From Candidatus Saccharimonadota bacterium (GTDB lineage Bacteria; Patescibacteriota; Saccharimonadia; JAGOAT01), in contig JAGOAT010000001.1 of NCBI GenBank assembly GCA_017983775.1, positions 1 through 56,751 on the forward strand: a stretch of DNA of 56,751 nt. Reading direction: 5' to 3'. Under the pieces are notes generated by a model. That model saw only the letters and a list, made by a program, of their open reading frames with translations, did not search any database and was not told the DNA's origin. Both the position numbers and the translations under genes were made by a program. Of the stretch, positions 19,690 through 29,364 are shown one piece after another; within the stretch, counting starts at the first letter, position 1, and each line of letters opens with the position of its first letter.

Positions 19690-20260
19690 CTAGTTAGTAG
19701 TAGTAGTAACCCCTATAAAATCAATACCTGCTCCATGGGCAGCATAGCCATCTACTAAGCTATCACCCGATATAGAGCATCTTATCGGTGAATATCTGCA
19801 TTGATTGATAATTACTAATAAGGTGCCCAAATACCCTAGAATCAGGTTTGTAATAAGGCTCAGTATCCTCACTAAAATAAAGACTATCAAAATACTTATC
19901 ATAATCTCCGAGTAAATCCTCTAGGGTTGGTCTTGAGACCAACCCAGATCCACCAGAAAGAATGGAGAGTTTTATGCCCCTACTGATCATCTGATCCAAC
20001 ATATGTCTTACTCCAGTCAATAATGCTCTCTTATACTCCTCCTCTTGATTCTTTATTCTAATAAGCTCAATCATCTTACTAGTATCTTCTATCCCGAAAA
20101 GTGCTCTAAGGTATTTGTCCACTGGCAGACCCCAATTTTGGTCAATCTGTTCAGTTGTCAAACTCATCTGATATTGTTCGAGAGCAATATCTTTAAGTAA
20201 ACGCTCAAAAGCTAGGTGACTATCGACAATGGTATCATCAAGATCAAAGATATCAATTGC
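19690..20260 (-). pseudogene. HAD-superfamily hydrolase, frameshifted and lacking a canonical start
   Basis: HAD motif I, DIFDLDDT, is encoded at about 20235-20258 with no ATG/GTG/TTG between it and the upstream in-frame stop. The motif YIGDSLVDG is split by one extra G in the run ATCGGGTGA at about 19763-19771. Confidence 0.55.
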
Positions 20261-20287
20261 TTAGAATTACTAATCCCAAGCACAATA

Positions 20288-20845
20288 CTAGCCTTGACGT
20301 GCTGGAATCAAATCCTTGATTGTTGGCAAACTATATTCTAGTGCCAAGTAACCGACTAAACTATACCCTACGTTACCGATTAATGTGTTGCGGAAAAAAG
20401 GCAAAGCATAATAATAAGCCAAACTTAGGCCAGATAGGTCTTTACTGTACATATCAGTAAATAACCAAACTGCAAAGTTTGTAATCAAAAAGAAAGCCAA
20501 ACCGCTCATCAGGGCAAGACTAACGATATTTAAAACTGAACGGTTATTTCTCAAATAATTGTTTGCAAAAGTAATAAGCAATAATGACCCATAAACTGCA
20601 AGCATTATCCCAGCTTGATAAAAGCCCAACCATAGATCTCCAATCAACATGCCTGATAACCCGACAATCCAAGCAAACTTTCTGCCCTGATAGATACTTG
20701 CAAGCATGATTATTGCGCCAACTGGTACCAGATTGTAAGCATGAGGCAACAACCTACTAATCACTATCACTGCAATCAGTAAAATCGCGAGTACTATCTG
20801 GCTAACCTCAATCTCTGTCGACTTTTTCCCAAAACTTATATTCAT
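20288..20845 (-). CDS. polytopic membrane protein (hypothetical)
   Basis: 185 aa with about 5-6 hydrophobic helices. Confidence 0.5.
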   Translation of the reverse strand: MNISFGKKSTEIEVSQIVLAILLIAVIVISRLLPHAYNLVPVGAIIMLASIYQGRKFAWIVGLSGMLIGDLWLGFYQAGIMLAVYGSLLLITFANNYLRNNRSVLNIVSLALMSGLAFFLITNFAVWLFTDMYSKDLSGLSLAYYYALPFFRNTLIGNVGYSLVGYLALEYSLPTIKDLIPARQG

Positions 20846-20921
20846 AGTCCGTTAATTGTAACACACCGCTGCACCCTATGGTCAACCCCTCCCAAAATCC
20901 ACTCAACCAACTACCACCCCT

Positions 20922-20998
20922 GCGAGGTCTAACCTCGCTTTTGACCCCTGCAACAGATATAAAATTGCGAGGTCTGACCTCGAAATGTGCGTTTTGGG
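20922..20998 (+). promoter_or_regulatory. paired-palindrome promoter cassette, copy 2 (type A)
   Basis: gcgaggtctaacctcgc ... CAACAGATATAAA ... gcgaggtctgacctcg aaatgtgcgttttggg, ending ~25 nt before ATG 21022. Confidence 0.45.
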
Positions 20999-21021
20999 AA
21001 TCGAAAAAAGATGGTAAGATA

Positions 21022-21999
21022 ATGCTTATGTCTAACTTTTTGACTGATTTACCAAATGATTTAGTTTATATTGATATGGCACCGGAATTCAGGCAAGGAT
21101 ATTGGTTTGGCGAAGAAGTAATTATCGCACCAAAGAGAGGCAAGAGACCCCATGAAAACGAAGATAACTCTAGTCTATCGGAGCCACACCTCAAACGATC
21201 CGAGATTGGATTAAGGTTGATTAATGAGCCAGCTATAGATCAAATAGAAGATATTGACGGTAACTGGATCGTAAAATCCATCCTCAATGGCTTTCCTACA
21301 ATCACAGAGGACAATACCAAAGCAAAAGGTAAACAAGAAATTATCATTGATACACCAGAAATTGACAAAAACTTTGAAGATCTAGACATTGGGCAGCTGG
21401 TTAATCTATTTGGTTTCTATCAGGCTAGATCTCGTGCTCTTAGTCGAGTGCCTGGCATTCGCTATATATCGATTTTCAAAAATCAAGGTATCCATTCTGG
21501 AGCTTCAATCGCTCACCCACATACACAGGTTTTTGCCCTCGAACGAATACCTGAAAAAATCCAAAGGCAACACAGGCAATTATTAAGGTTGGACTCATCA
21601 AATCCGATCCAAGACACGATAGAGCAAGAGCTTTCCCAGGCTACAAGACTAGTCACACAGACTGACCAATGGGTTGTATTCTGCCCTTATGCTAGTATTA
21701 ACCCGATGGAAGTCTGGCTAATCCCACTGAGAGGAATCCTTGAATTCTCCCACCTAGACCATCGTGAGATCATTCAACTCACTGGCTTAATCTCACCCCT
21801 AGTCAAACGACTTGGAAATTCAGGAATAGACTTCAATCTGCTAATCGAAAATGGCTTTACCCATCCAGATAGATTGATTATCAAGCTAGTACCCCGTGGA
21901 CTGATCAATTCTGGAGGTCTTGAACTCAGCACCAATATTATCATCAACCCAGTCTCCCCTGAGTCGGCTACTAGCTGGTACAAGCAAGGGTATTTATGA
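21022..21999 (+). CDS. galT: galactose-1-phosphate uridylyltransferase-like HIT-family protein
   Basis: The HPHTQV histidine-triad-type motif (GalT H-x-H-x-Q) in ...GASIAHPHTQVFAL. The start is moved to ATG 21022 because the track's N-terminal 48 aa translate the repeat cassette. Confidence 0.65.
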   Translation: MLMSNFLTDLPNDLVYIDMAPEFRQGYWFGEEVIIAPKRGKRPHENEDNSSLSEPHLKRSEIGLRLINEPAIDQIEDIDGNWIVKSILNGFPTITEDNTKAKGKQEIIIDTPEIDKNFEDLDIGQLVNLFGFYQARSRALSRVPGIRYISIFKNQGIHSGASIAHPHTQVFALERIPEKIQRQHRQLLRLDSSNPIQDTIEQELSQATRLVTQTDQWVVFCPYASINPMEVWLIPLRGILEFSHLDHREIIQLTGLISPLVKRLGNSGIDFNLLIENGFTHPDRLIIKLVPRGLINSGGLELSTNIIINPVSPESATSWYKQGYL

Positions 22000-22011
22000 T
22001 AAACTTGTTCT

Positions 22012-23100
22012 ATGATCGAAGATAACTCAACCTCCCCCTCACAATCCAGCAAAAAATCCCCAAAAGACCAAGAGGATTACAAATTACCAAATATCATCCA
22101 TCCTGCCAAAGACGATCTAGAGATTATTTTTAATCTAAACTTAAATTACTTCTTACCAAGGCTCAATGAACATAACGTTGATCAAGGCACTGTCACCAAA
22201 CTCATATCCAACCTCGCTAAGGAGTCCCACAGAAATCAAGCATATAACGATTTGCGCAAACTATTAAAAAAAGCCAATCTAGATAAGAATGACTATGCTT
22301 ATTGGGCTGCGATTCGTGAATACCAGCTACTAGATGATAATCTTATATACCTATATCAAGACCTCGATGGTCAAGCAGGATCTAAGCTAGTTAATCGAAT
22401 TGCTTGGCAGGCTGGTAAATCTGGTATTAAGAAATTTGATGCCAAATCACTCTTTGAGAAACTTGCCCAAGCCAATCTGATAATTGATACAATCACAAGA
22501 AATATGATAGAAAGTATCTATCAAGATTTCAAAGATAGGAAACCTAGCAATCAGAATAAAAAAGATTATGCTAATTCAAAAATATACATCCTAGAACTTG
22601 CCTCAATCGCCCAAACTATACTCAACTGGCTGACCAACCATGACTATCGAATAGTTGAAGAGAGCTCCGCTCAGAGGTTAGCAGTTTCCTCAGTTATTCT
22701 AGCAAACCAGCTTAATATAATAATAAATCCAGGAATACCAAACTATTATATTTATCCCGAGCTCTTTGATGCCCTAGAATACCCTACACCCGAAGAGGCA
22801 GACTTTAGATTGCAAGTATTGATGAAGGAGCTTATCAATAGCTCTCCTGCTATTGAATTTCTACTTGCCAATCTACCAATCGTACCAAAACAATGGCAGG
22901 AGATAATTACAGAATACAGCAAGGTATTGGAATCGATCGATCCTAATAACCCTCCAGAATTTCCTAAGCCTAAGCCCAAGCAAAAACCTGACAATAAGAA
23001 GGCTGGTAAAAAACCAGATAAAACTTCTTCCCCCACTAAAGATAAGGTATCAAAAGAAACCAAGAAAGAACCCGAGTCTAGTAGCGACATCCAAACATAG
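22012..23100 (+). CDS. hypothetical protein with Lys/Pro-rich C-terminal tail
   Basis: 362-aa ORF with low-complexity PKPKPKQKPDNKKAGKKPDK at the C-terminus. Confidence 0.45.
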   Translation: MIEDNSTSPSQSSKKSPKDQEDYKLPNIIHPAKDDLEIIFNLNLNYFLPRLNEHNVDQGTVTKLISNLAKESHRNQAYNDLRKLLKKANLDKNDYAYWAAIREYQLLDDNLIYLYQDLDGQAGSKLVNRIAWQAGKSGIKKFDAKSLFEKLAQANLIIDTITRNMIESIYQDFKDRKPSNQNKKDYANSKIYILELASIAQTILNWLTNHDYRIVEESSAQRLAVSSVILANQLNIIINPGIPNYYIYPELFDALEYPTPEEADFRLQVLMKELINSSPAIEFLLANLPIVPKQWQEIITEYSKVLESIDPNNPPEFPKPKPKQKPDNKKAGKKPDKTSSPTKDKVSKETKKEPESSSDIQT

Positions 23101-23179
23101 CCATACTTACGACCTCAAAATTCAGCAGACTACGAGAATTTCTTACTTATTTATCGCAAAGAATCTAAGCATATACAAT

Positions 23180-24145
23180 TTATATCGAGATATCCCGAAC
23201 CTCTTTGCCAGCCTTAATATCATCAAAAATTCCGAAATACACCTGATACTTATCCTCTAGCTCAGCCAACTGAGCATTATGCTGATCGGCTAGATCATTG
23301 TAACGATCAACCTGAGCATTATAATTAGCAACTCTGCCATTATACTCACCAATCTGCCCTTCAGCCAGTAACTGTTCGAGCTCTACATTTTGACTTATAA
23401 GGTCTTGATACCTTGCCTCGAGTAAGATACTACTCTGATCCAAGTCACTTGCCAAGTCATTGATTTGATCTAGAATTGGACGAAATATCTGATCAAACTG
23501 TTTGGCAGCATCAACAATCCCTTCTCTATTGTCTAAAATCTCTAGATAAGACTTCAAAATTACTGGATAATCCTGATACTGAGTATCATCTAGTTCTGAT
23601 CCAGCAATAGCATATAGCTCTTTATGTTGATCCTCCTCTGGTAAGTCATTATAGCCAAGAAATCGTTGATCTCGATATTCTGCATTCAAATTGTCCCAGA
23701 AATCATCCAATTGATTGTCGAGAGCCAATTTTTCACTATCAGACTGGAGTTGGTATTCGAAGTGTAATACCTCATGCACCAAGACTGCTAGCTGATAATC
23801 TTTGATTTCTGGTTCCTCGATATCCAAAAGATAAATTCTATACTCAGAGCCATTGTCAGAAAAGAAGCAGCCAAATATCAACTCCGTCTTCCCTTCACTC
23901 CCCTCTGGGCACTTGTCTGTCAAAGTCTGATAATCCACTATCTCAGGATTTGATTGTAAGAATATCGACAATCCATGGTGGCTGAGACCTGCTTTTTCTC
24001 CCAATTCTACTATTGATGGATCTCCTTCGTAGGTATATATCATAAACTGGTCGTATAGCCATTGCCTTCTTGAGTAACCAAAAACAGCTCCCAAAATCAG
24101 AGCGATAAGCAATAGATACTTTAGGACTCTAAAAAAGTATTTCAC
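23180..24145 (-). CDS. membrane-anchored hypothetical protein with HExxH motif and C-terminal coiled coil
   Basis: N-terminal TM helix and VLVHEVLHFEY (HExxH). Acidic, coiled-coil C-terminal half. Confidence 0.4.
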   Translation of the reverse strand: MKYFFRVLKYLLLIALILGAVFGYSRRQWLYDQFMIYTYEGDPSIVELGEKAGLSHHGLSIFLQSNPEIVDYQTLTDKCPEGSEGKTELIFGCFFSDNGSEYRIYLLDIEEPEIKDYQLAVLVHEVLHFEYQLQSDSEKLALDNQLDDFWDNLNAEYRDQRFLGYNDLPEEDQHKELYAIAGSELDDTQYQDYPVILKSYLEILDNREGIVDAAKQFDQIFRPILDQINDLASDLDQSSILLEARYQDLISQNVELEQLLAEGQIGEYNGRVANYNAQVDRYNDLADQHNAQLAELEDKYQVYFGIFDDIKAGKEVRDISI

Positions 24146-24195
24146 AATCTCAAATCTACCATGCTATCATTAATATCAATCAAAAAATGCTAACT

Positions 24196-24732
24196 CTACC
24201 CCAATCTTTCTGCCATCCAATAAAGCTCACTTAAGACCTGCTCTACCTCTTTTTGCTTACTATCATCAATTGGTTCACCAGTATTCTGATCAAAAAATCC
24301 ATAAGAATTACTAAAGTGAATATCATGAGACAATGCTACCATCCCCATCTGCCTGACAGCAGAAAGGATGCTTTCAATAGCCCTGACCCCACCAAAACCA
24401 CCGACAGATACTCCAGCAAAACCAACCGGTTTATGCAAATAATTAGCTAGCTCTGTATCAAGTAGCATTTTGAGACTCCCAGCAAAACTATGGTTATATT
24501 CAGGTAAAACCAGCAGGAAGGCATCTGCCCATTCAGTTAGCTTTGTGTATTCTGGATTTTTATTGTCTGGATCATTACCTTCATGTGGACTAGGATAATC
24601 TTCGGGACAAATTAGCTTGACCTCAAAACGCTGATTCTGATTGGCCAACTTTTCCAAGTATTTTGCAGCAAATATTGATCGACGCTGAGCCCTAATACTT
24701 CCCTCGATAATCAATAGATTTAGCTTTTTCAT
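24196..24732 (-). CDS. NAD(P)H-dependent FMN reductase family protein
   Basis: LLIIEGSIR..R.S......PEYNHS.....K..LD, a typical flavodoxin-like FMN reductase. Confidence 0.8.
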   Translation of the reverse strand: MKKLNLLIIEGSIRAQRRSIFAAKYLEKLANQNQRFEVKLICPEDYPSPHEGNDPDNKNPEYTKLTEWADAFLLVLPEYNHSFAGSLKMLLDTELANYLHKPVGFAGVSVGGFGGVRAIESILSAVRQMGMVALSHDIHFSNSYGFFDQNTGEPIDDSKQKEVEQVLSELYWMAERLG

Positions 24733-24974
24733 AGTCCAAGTGCCTTGTCGAGCTTTGGTTTATCAAAGCCTAAGATACCTATTACTGACCCATCATCTTG
24801 CTCAACCTTGATACAGGGTACCCCAAGACTGTTGCAGGTCTTGATTGCCTCCTGGGCTCTTTCTGGCTGATCGTCTAAGAGCACTTCCTCAAAAGCAATG
24901 CTTTTTGATCTAAGATAATCCTTTGCCAGATGGCAATATGGACACGTTTTGGTGGAATAAACCGTAACATTCAT
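24729..24974 (-). CDS. glutaredoxin/NrdH-like redoxin
   Basis: 81 aa with VYSTKTCPYCHLAKDYL (CPYC active site). Confidence 0.8.
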   Translation of the reverse strand: MNVTVYSTKTCPYCHLAKDYLRSKSIAFEEVLLDDQPERAQEAIKTCNSLGVPCIKVEQDDGSVIGILGFDKPKLDKALGL

Positions 24975-24975
24975 G

Positions 24976-25299
24976 CTACTCCTTATTATGAATTAATTTT
25001 TGATCCATTCTGATGATTTGCGAAATCTGTTGATATTCCTCAAAATCTTGACTAACCTGATAGCAAACTTTCTTTCCTTCTCTGATGTGTTTAATCAGCC
25101 CTGAATTTTCAAGGATCTTTAACTGCTGAGAAACTGCTGGAATACTAACATTCAATTGGCTAGCTAGCTCACTAACACAGATGCCTGGATAGATGGTTAA
25201 TAAGCTATAAATTTGATATCTAGATTGATCACCAAGTGCTGAAAATATCTCTCTTATATTAGTTACTCCTGAATTAGTCATATCACCATCATAATCCAA
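24976..25299 (-). CDS. ArsR/SmtB family transcriptional regulator
   Basis: ALGDQSRYQIYSLL....CVSELA..L.VS.PAVSQQLKILENSGLI is a winged-HTH signature. Confidence 0.8.
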   Translation of the reverse strand: MDYDGDMTNSGVTNIREIFSALGDQSRYQIYSLLTIYPGICVSELASQLNVSIPAVSQQLKILENSGLIKHIREGKKVCYQVSQDFEEYQQISQIIRMDQKLIHNKE

Positions 25300-25325
25300 A
25301 AATACCTTTAAGTAAATACTTAAAC

Positions 25326-25443
25326 AAAAAGGACAACCACTGGTTGTCTATTCCAGCAGAAGGTTTGTATTCTGCCTAAGTGGTTGCCCATTTCATATAC
25401 AAACCACTTGAGCTAGAAGCTCCATATACTGGAATAGACAACC
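25326..25443 (-). promoter_or_regulatory. structured 5' leader B (riboswitch-like; P1, pseudoknot, intrinsic attenuator)
   Basis: P1 pairs 25342-25356 with 25429-25443 (15/15 bp). P2 pairs 25362-25370 with 25397-25405. P3 pairs 25378-25383 with 25404-25409. On the minus strand the terminator GACAACC-agt-GGTTGTC plus T5 (25326-25348) competes with the P1 3' arm. A promoter-like TTGATT-17-TATATT lies at 25446-25474 (minus strand). Confidence 0.5.
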
Positions 25444-25502
25444 CTAATATATATCATCTGAGTACTAAAATCAAACGCTTTCAAATGTGTTAGAATGCTT
25501 AT

Positions 25503-28061
25503 ATGACAAAACCAACAAAAATTACCCAGCTCAGCCAATTCCTTCATATTGATAGCTATCAAATTGAACTCAATATAGACAGATTAGGACTTTGTTACCA
25601 AGGCAAAGTCAAAATTGATGCTACCTGCCAGATAGACCAGGAGTATTTACAGCTTCATGCTAAAGATCTAGAGATTAATGATGTAAATATATCTATAGAC
25701 TACCTAGAGTTTACTCCCGCAAACTACAATCTAATCCCCGCAGATGATCTGATTCAAATCCTAAATCCTACTAAGTTGGAATTCAAAAAAGATCAAAAAG
25801 TAATACTAGAGATCAATTTCTCTAGAAAAATATCAAATAAATTGCAAGGTCTATATCCCTGCAACTATCAAACCTTATCTGGTGAGACTAGTTGGCTACT
25901 TGCTACTCAGATGGAAAGCCACTATGCTAGAGAAGTTTTTGTCTGTCTAGACGAACCAAACGCCAAGTCAAAGTTTGACCTAACTGTAATCCATCACCCA
26001 GCGGACCAATGCCTAAGCAATACGCCGATAATTGAGACAGAGCTAATCTCTGAAGACAAACAAAGGACTAGATTTGCCCAGACTCCAACAATGTCAACTT
26101 ATTTGCTAGCACTAGTAATTGGAGACTTAAGGTACCTAGAAACAATCTCAGATAGTGGTGTAAAAATTCGTACATATGCCACACCTGATAAGATTAAGCA
26201 GACCAAATTTTCTCTAGAAATTGCTAAGAAAGTCCTTGATCTATATGAAAGATTTTTTGAAATACCCTACCCATTAACCAAACTAGATATGGTAGCCTTG
26301 CCAGAATTTGAATCAGGAGCAATGGAAAACTGGGGACTAATAACCTATCGTGAGGCCTGCCTGATCTATGACCCCGACTCGACTAATGTTTTTGTCGAGC
26401 AATTTATCGTCGAAGTCATCGCACATGAAATCGCACACCAATGGTTTGGTAATTTGGTAACAATGGATTGGTGGGAAGATCTTTGGCTCAATGAAGGATT
26501 TGCTAGCTGGATGGCGATCTATGCTGCTGACCAAATCTATCCAGAATGGAATTATTTCGAACAATTTGTAGGCCTCGAAAGACGCAATGCAATGGAACTC
26601 GATAGCCTAAGTGATTCCCATCCAATTGAGGTTGAGATTAATCATCCAGACCAAATTCGAACTGCCTTTGATCAAATTAGCTATGGCAAGGGAGCAAGTA
26701 TAATCCACATGCTTGCTCACTATTTAGGACTTGAGATTTTCCGCAAAGGCATTGTGCTCTATCTAAATCAATATAGTTACAACAATGCCACCACCAAGCA
26801 GCTATGGGACGCCCTGGAACAAGTATCTAGCCAGCCAATCACAGACCTGATGCCAAACTGGACAGAACAATCGGGGTTCCCAGTATTATCGATTGAGGTC
26901 AATAAAGATACTATGACCCTCAAGCAGACTCAATTTTCTTACCAAGAAGAGAATAATCATAAAATCTGGTCTATTCCTCTTAACTTTTCAGATCAATCAT
27001 ACAACCAGCTTCTGATTGGCCAACAAACTGAAATACAGCTTTCCAGCCCATCTGAATTGCCCCCATTGATCAATCCTAACCAAGTAGGCTTTTATTTGAT
27101 CAAGCCAGATAAAACTTATCAAGATAGCCTCAACTCTAGACTTCAGGGTAACCAACTAAGCAATCTTGATATTCAGGCGATAATCCTTGACCACTTAATG
27201 CTTAGCCTCAAAGGAGATAGAAGTATTATCAATCTACTCGATACCTTGGAAACTGTGGCTAATTCGTCTACAAGCTTCCTGGTGTGGTCAGCAATATCTG
27301 AAGTGATTAGTGAGCTCAGGATAAATTTCTACCCAGATAAATCCCAATTTGTGCCTCTATCAAACTGGATTCAAAAATTGATTAAGATGCCACTTGGCCA
27401 AATAGACTGGCGACCCACTCCTGAAGAACCGAAAAACCTTACCCAATTAAGAACACTGTTGCTGGGACTTGGTCTCATCTATAATTATCAGCCTACCACA
27501 GATTGGCTGACTCAATTACCAATACTAAGCCATCCGGACCTAGACCGGCTTTCATTGAAAGCCAAACTGAAAGCTCAACCAGCCAAATTCCAAGCAGAGT
27601 TGCTAGATCTATACTCCAAAGAGTTAAATCAACAAAAGATCTCTGACTACATCTCAGCTTTATCTAGTCAACCAGAACTTAGTCAGTTTGACCAACTCTG
27701 GCAATTTACGATGTCCGATAATGTTCGCAAACAAGATATCCGCTCCTGGTTAACTAATCTCGGTAGCAACCTTAGCTTGCAATCTGTTTACCTTGATAAA
27801 TTATTCTCTGACTATCAGCAAGTCATCAACAAGCTCGACGGTAAAGAACCAATCGCGAGAATCTTTAATCAGATAGGTAGGTATTTTGCTAATTCTGATT
27901 CTTATAAGCTATTCAAAGATTTTGCTGATCAAGACAATCCTGCTATCCAAAGAAGTTATGACCAGCTAATTGAAACTATTGAACTAAGGTTGGCATTCCA
28001 AGACCGTGAACAAACCAAGGTGTTGAATTATTTCAATCAAATTGAGACTAATAATGGATAG
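25503..28061 (+). CDS. pepN: M1-family aminopeptidase N
   Basis: The GAMENWG exopeptidase motif and the zinc motif HEIAHQWFGNLVT...WLNEGFA. Confidence 0.92.
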   Translation: MTKPTKITQLSQFLHIDSYQIELNIDRLGLCYQGKVKIDATCQIDQEYLQLHAKDLEINDVNISIDYLEFTPANYNLIPADDLIQILNPTKLEFKKDQKVILEINFSRKISNKLQGLYPCNYQTLSGETSWLLATQMESHYAREVFVCLDEPNAKSKFDLTVIHHPADQCLSNTPIIETELISEDKQRTRFAQTPTMSTYLLALVIGDLRYLETISDSGVKIRTYATPDKIKQTKFSLEIAKKVLDLYERFFEIPYPLTKLDMVALPEFESGAMENWGLITYREACLIYDPDSTNVFVEQFIVEVIAHEIAHQWFGNLVTMDWWEDLWLNEGFASWMAIYAADQIYPEWNYFEQFVGLERRNAMELDSLSDSHPIEVEINHPDQIRTAFDQISYGKGASIIHMLAHYLGLEIFRKGIVLYLNQYSYNNATTKQLWDALEQVSSQPITDLMPNWTEQSGFPVLSIEVNKDTMTLKQTQFSYQEENNHKIWSIPLNFSDQSYNQLLIGQQTEIQLSSPSELPPLINPNQVGFYLIKPDKTYQDSLNSRLQGNQLSNLDIQAIILDHLMLSLKGDRSIINLLDTLETVANSSTSFLVWSAISEVISELRINFYPDKSQFVPLSNWIQKLIKMPLGQIDWRPTPEEPKNLTQLRTLLLGLGLIYNYQPTTDWLTQLPILSHPDLDRLSLKAKLKAQPAKFQAELLDLYSKELNQQKISDYISALSSQPELSQFDQLWQFTMSDNVRKQDIRSWLTNLGSNLSLQSVYLDKLFSDYQQVINKLDGKEPIARIFNQIGRYFANSDSYKLFKDFADQDNPAIQRSYDQLIETIELRLAFQDREQTKVLNYFNQIETNNG

Positions 28062-29364
28062 GTCTAGCCCCTTTAATCTAGGCAAGTATTTGCTTCTTGC
28101 AATCATTCTAGCTTCAATCTTGCCTTTCGGACTACTAATGGAGGGGACCCTTGACCAAGGCATCAGTTTTGCTGAGTTAATGCTAAAGATTAGCTCAATG
28201 TCTGGGTTAATCGCAGGGGTATTATTCTTTTGGCAGATACTGATTGGTAATCGGTTTTTTAGCATTCTAGTCACTGATGATATCCTTTGGGTTAATCGAA
28301 TTCATCGCCTAATCGGTAAATATGGCGTAATCTTTGCCTTGATTCATCCGATTGCCGTCACTCTCGGCTATAGTAAATCTTTAGCTTGGATAGTATTTCC
28401 TGACTTTCCCCTAGACTTTAGCGATCTCTATCAGCGGGCTTTGGCATTTGGTCGGATTGGACTTGCCCTCCTAGTCATTGTCTGGCTATCGAGTATCACT
28501 CTCCGTTCGGCTATAAAGTATCGCCCCTGGCTATATTTACATTACTTGTCCTACCCAATGCTAGCACTTATATTGCTACACGCCAAAGATATTGGCAGTA
28601 GTATTGCCCAATATCCCGTGCTCAAAGCATTTTGGATCAGCCTGATGTTTCTATCAATATTAGTTTTATTGACTAGACTTTACCAGGCTACCAATCTTGG
28701 TAAGATACCTTACATAGTTACGAAGACTCAAATATCTGGAGATATTGTAATGTTAGCATTAAAACCTCAAAAATCTTCTCGATTTATCACTCCAAGTACT
28801 GGACAATATTGCTATATTCAATCGGGTAAGATTGCTAATTCTCACCCTTATAGTGTACTCCATTACCAAGAGAATAATAGGCTACTATATTTTGCTGTCA
28901 AACAAATCGGTAAACAATCAAAAACACTCAATAATCTCAAACTAGGATCTACTCTCTACTTGGATGGACCCTATGGTAGCTATCTATATGGATTAAATAA
29001 ATCCTTGCCTGTACTGGCAATCATCGGATCTGTTGGTATAGCTCCGTTGTTTGACTACCTTCTAATTAACCCTGTTTCTAGCTATCTAATTTATTGCGGG
29101 ATGCGTCAAGAAGATTTGATCTTTGCTTCCAAATTAAAAACCAAACTAGGTGATCACTACAACCAAATTATTTCTGATGGTATTGGGCCTGACAAGATTA
29201 CTCCTGAAAAAATTACTGCATTTCTTGATCAGCAAAGCCTGAATGTCAAGGGGGTTCAATTTTTGATCTGTGGTAGTCCAGGGTTTAATCGAGGAATCAA
29301 ACAAATGATTTTTGAACTTGGCGTGAGTGACTCCCAAATTCGAGTCGAAGACTTTGGTCTATAA
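28042..29364 (+). CDS. ferric-reductase-like transmembrane protein fused to an FAD/NAD(P)-binding domain
   Basis: The N-terminal half has ~6 TM helices with conserved His residues. The C-terminal half has HPYSV (an R/HxYS FAD motif) and GSVGIAP (an NAD motif). The probable start is ATG 28054, overlapping the pepN stop. Confidence 0.65.
   Translation: MRLIMDRSSPFNLGKYLLLAIILASILPFGLLMEGTLDQGISFAELMLKISSMSGLIAGVLFFWQILIGNRFFSILVTDDILWVNRIHRLIGKYGVIFALIHPIAVTLGYSKSLAWIVFPDFPLDFSDLYQRALAFGRIGLALLVIVWLSSITLRSAIKYRPWLYLHYLSYPMLALILLHAKDIGSSIAQYPVLKAFWISLMFLSILVLLTRLYQATNLGKIPYIVTKTQISGDIVMLALKPQKSSRFITPSTGQYCYIQSGKIANSHPYSVLHYQENNRLLYFAVKQIGKQSKTLNNLKLGSTLYLDGPYGSYLYGLNKSLPVLAIIGSVGIAPLFDYLLINPVSSYLIYCGMRQEDLIFASKLKTKLGDHYNQIISDGIGPDKITPEKITAFLDQQSLNVKGVQFLICGSPGFNRGIKQMIFELGVSDSQIRVEDFGL

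Noticed and set aside
20878-21021. N-terminal 48 aa of the track ORF for the galT-like gene.
   Set aside because: This stretch translates the paired-palindrome promoter cassette (..LRGLTS...LRGLTS..). The start was moved to ATG 21022.
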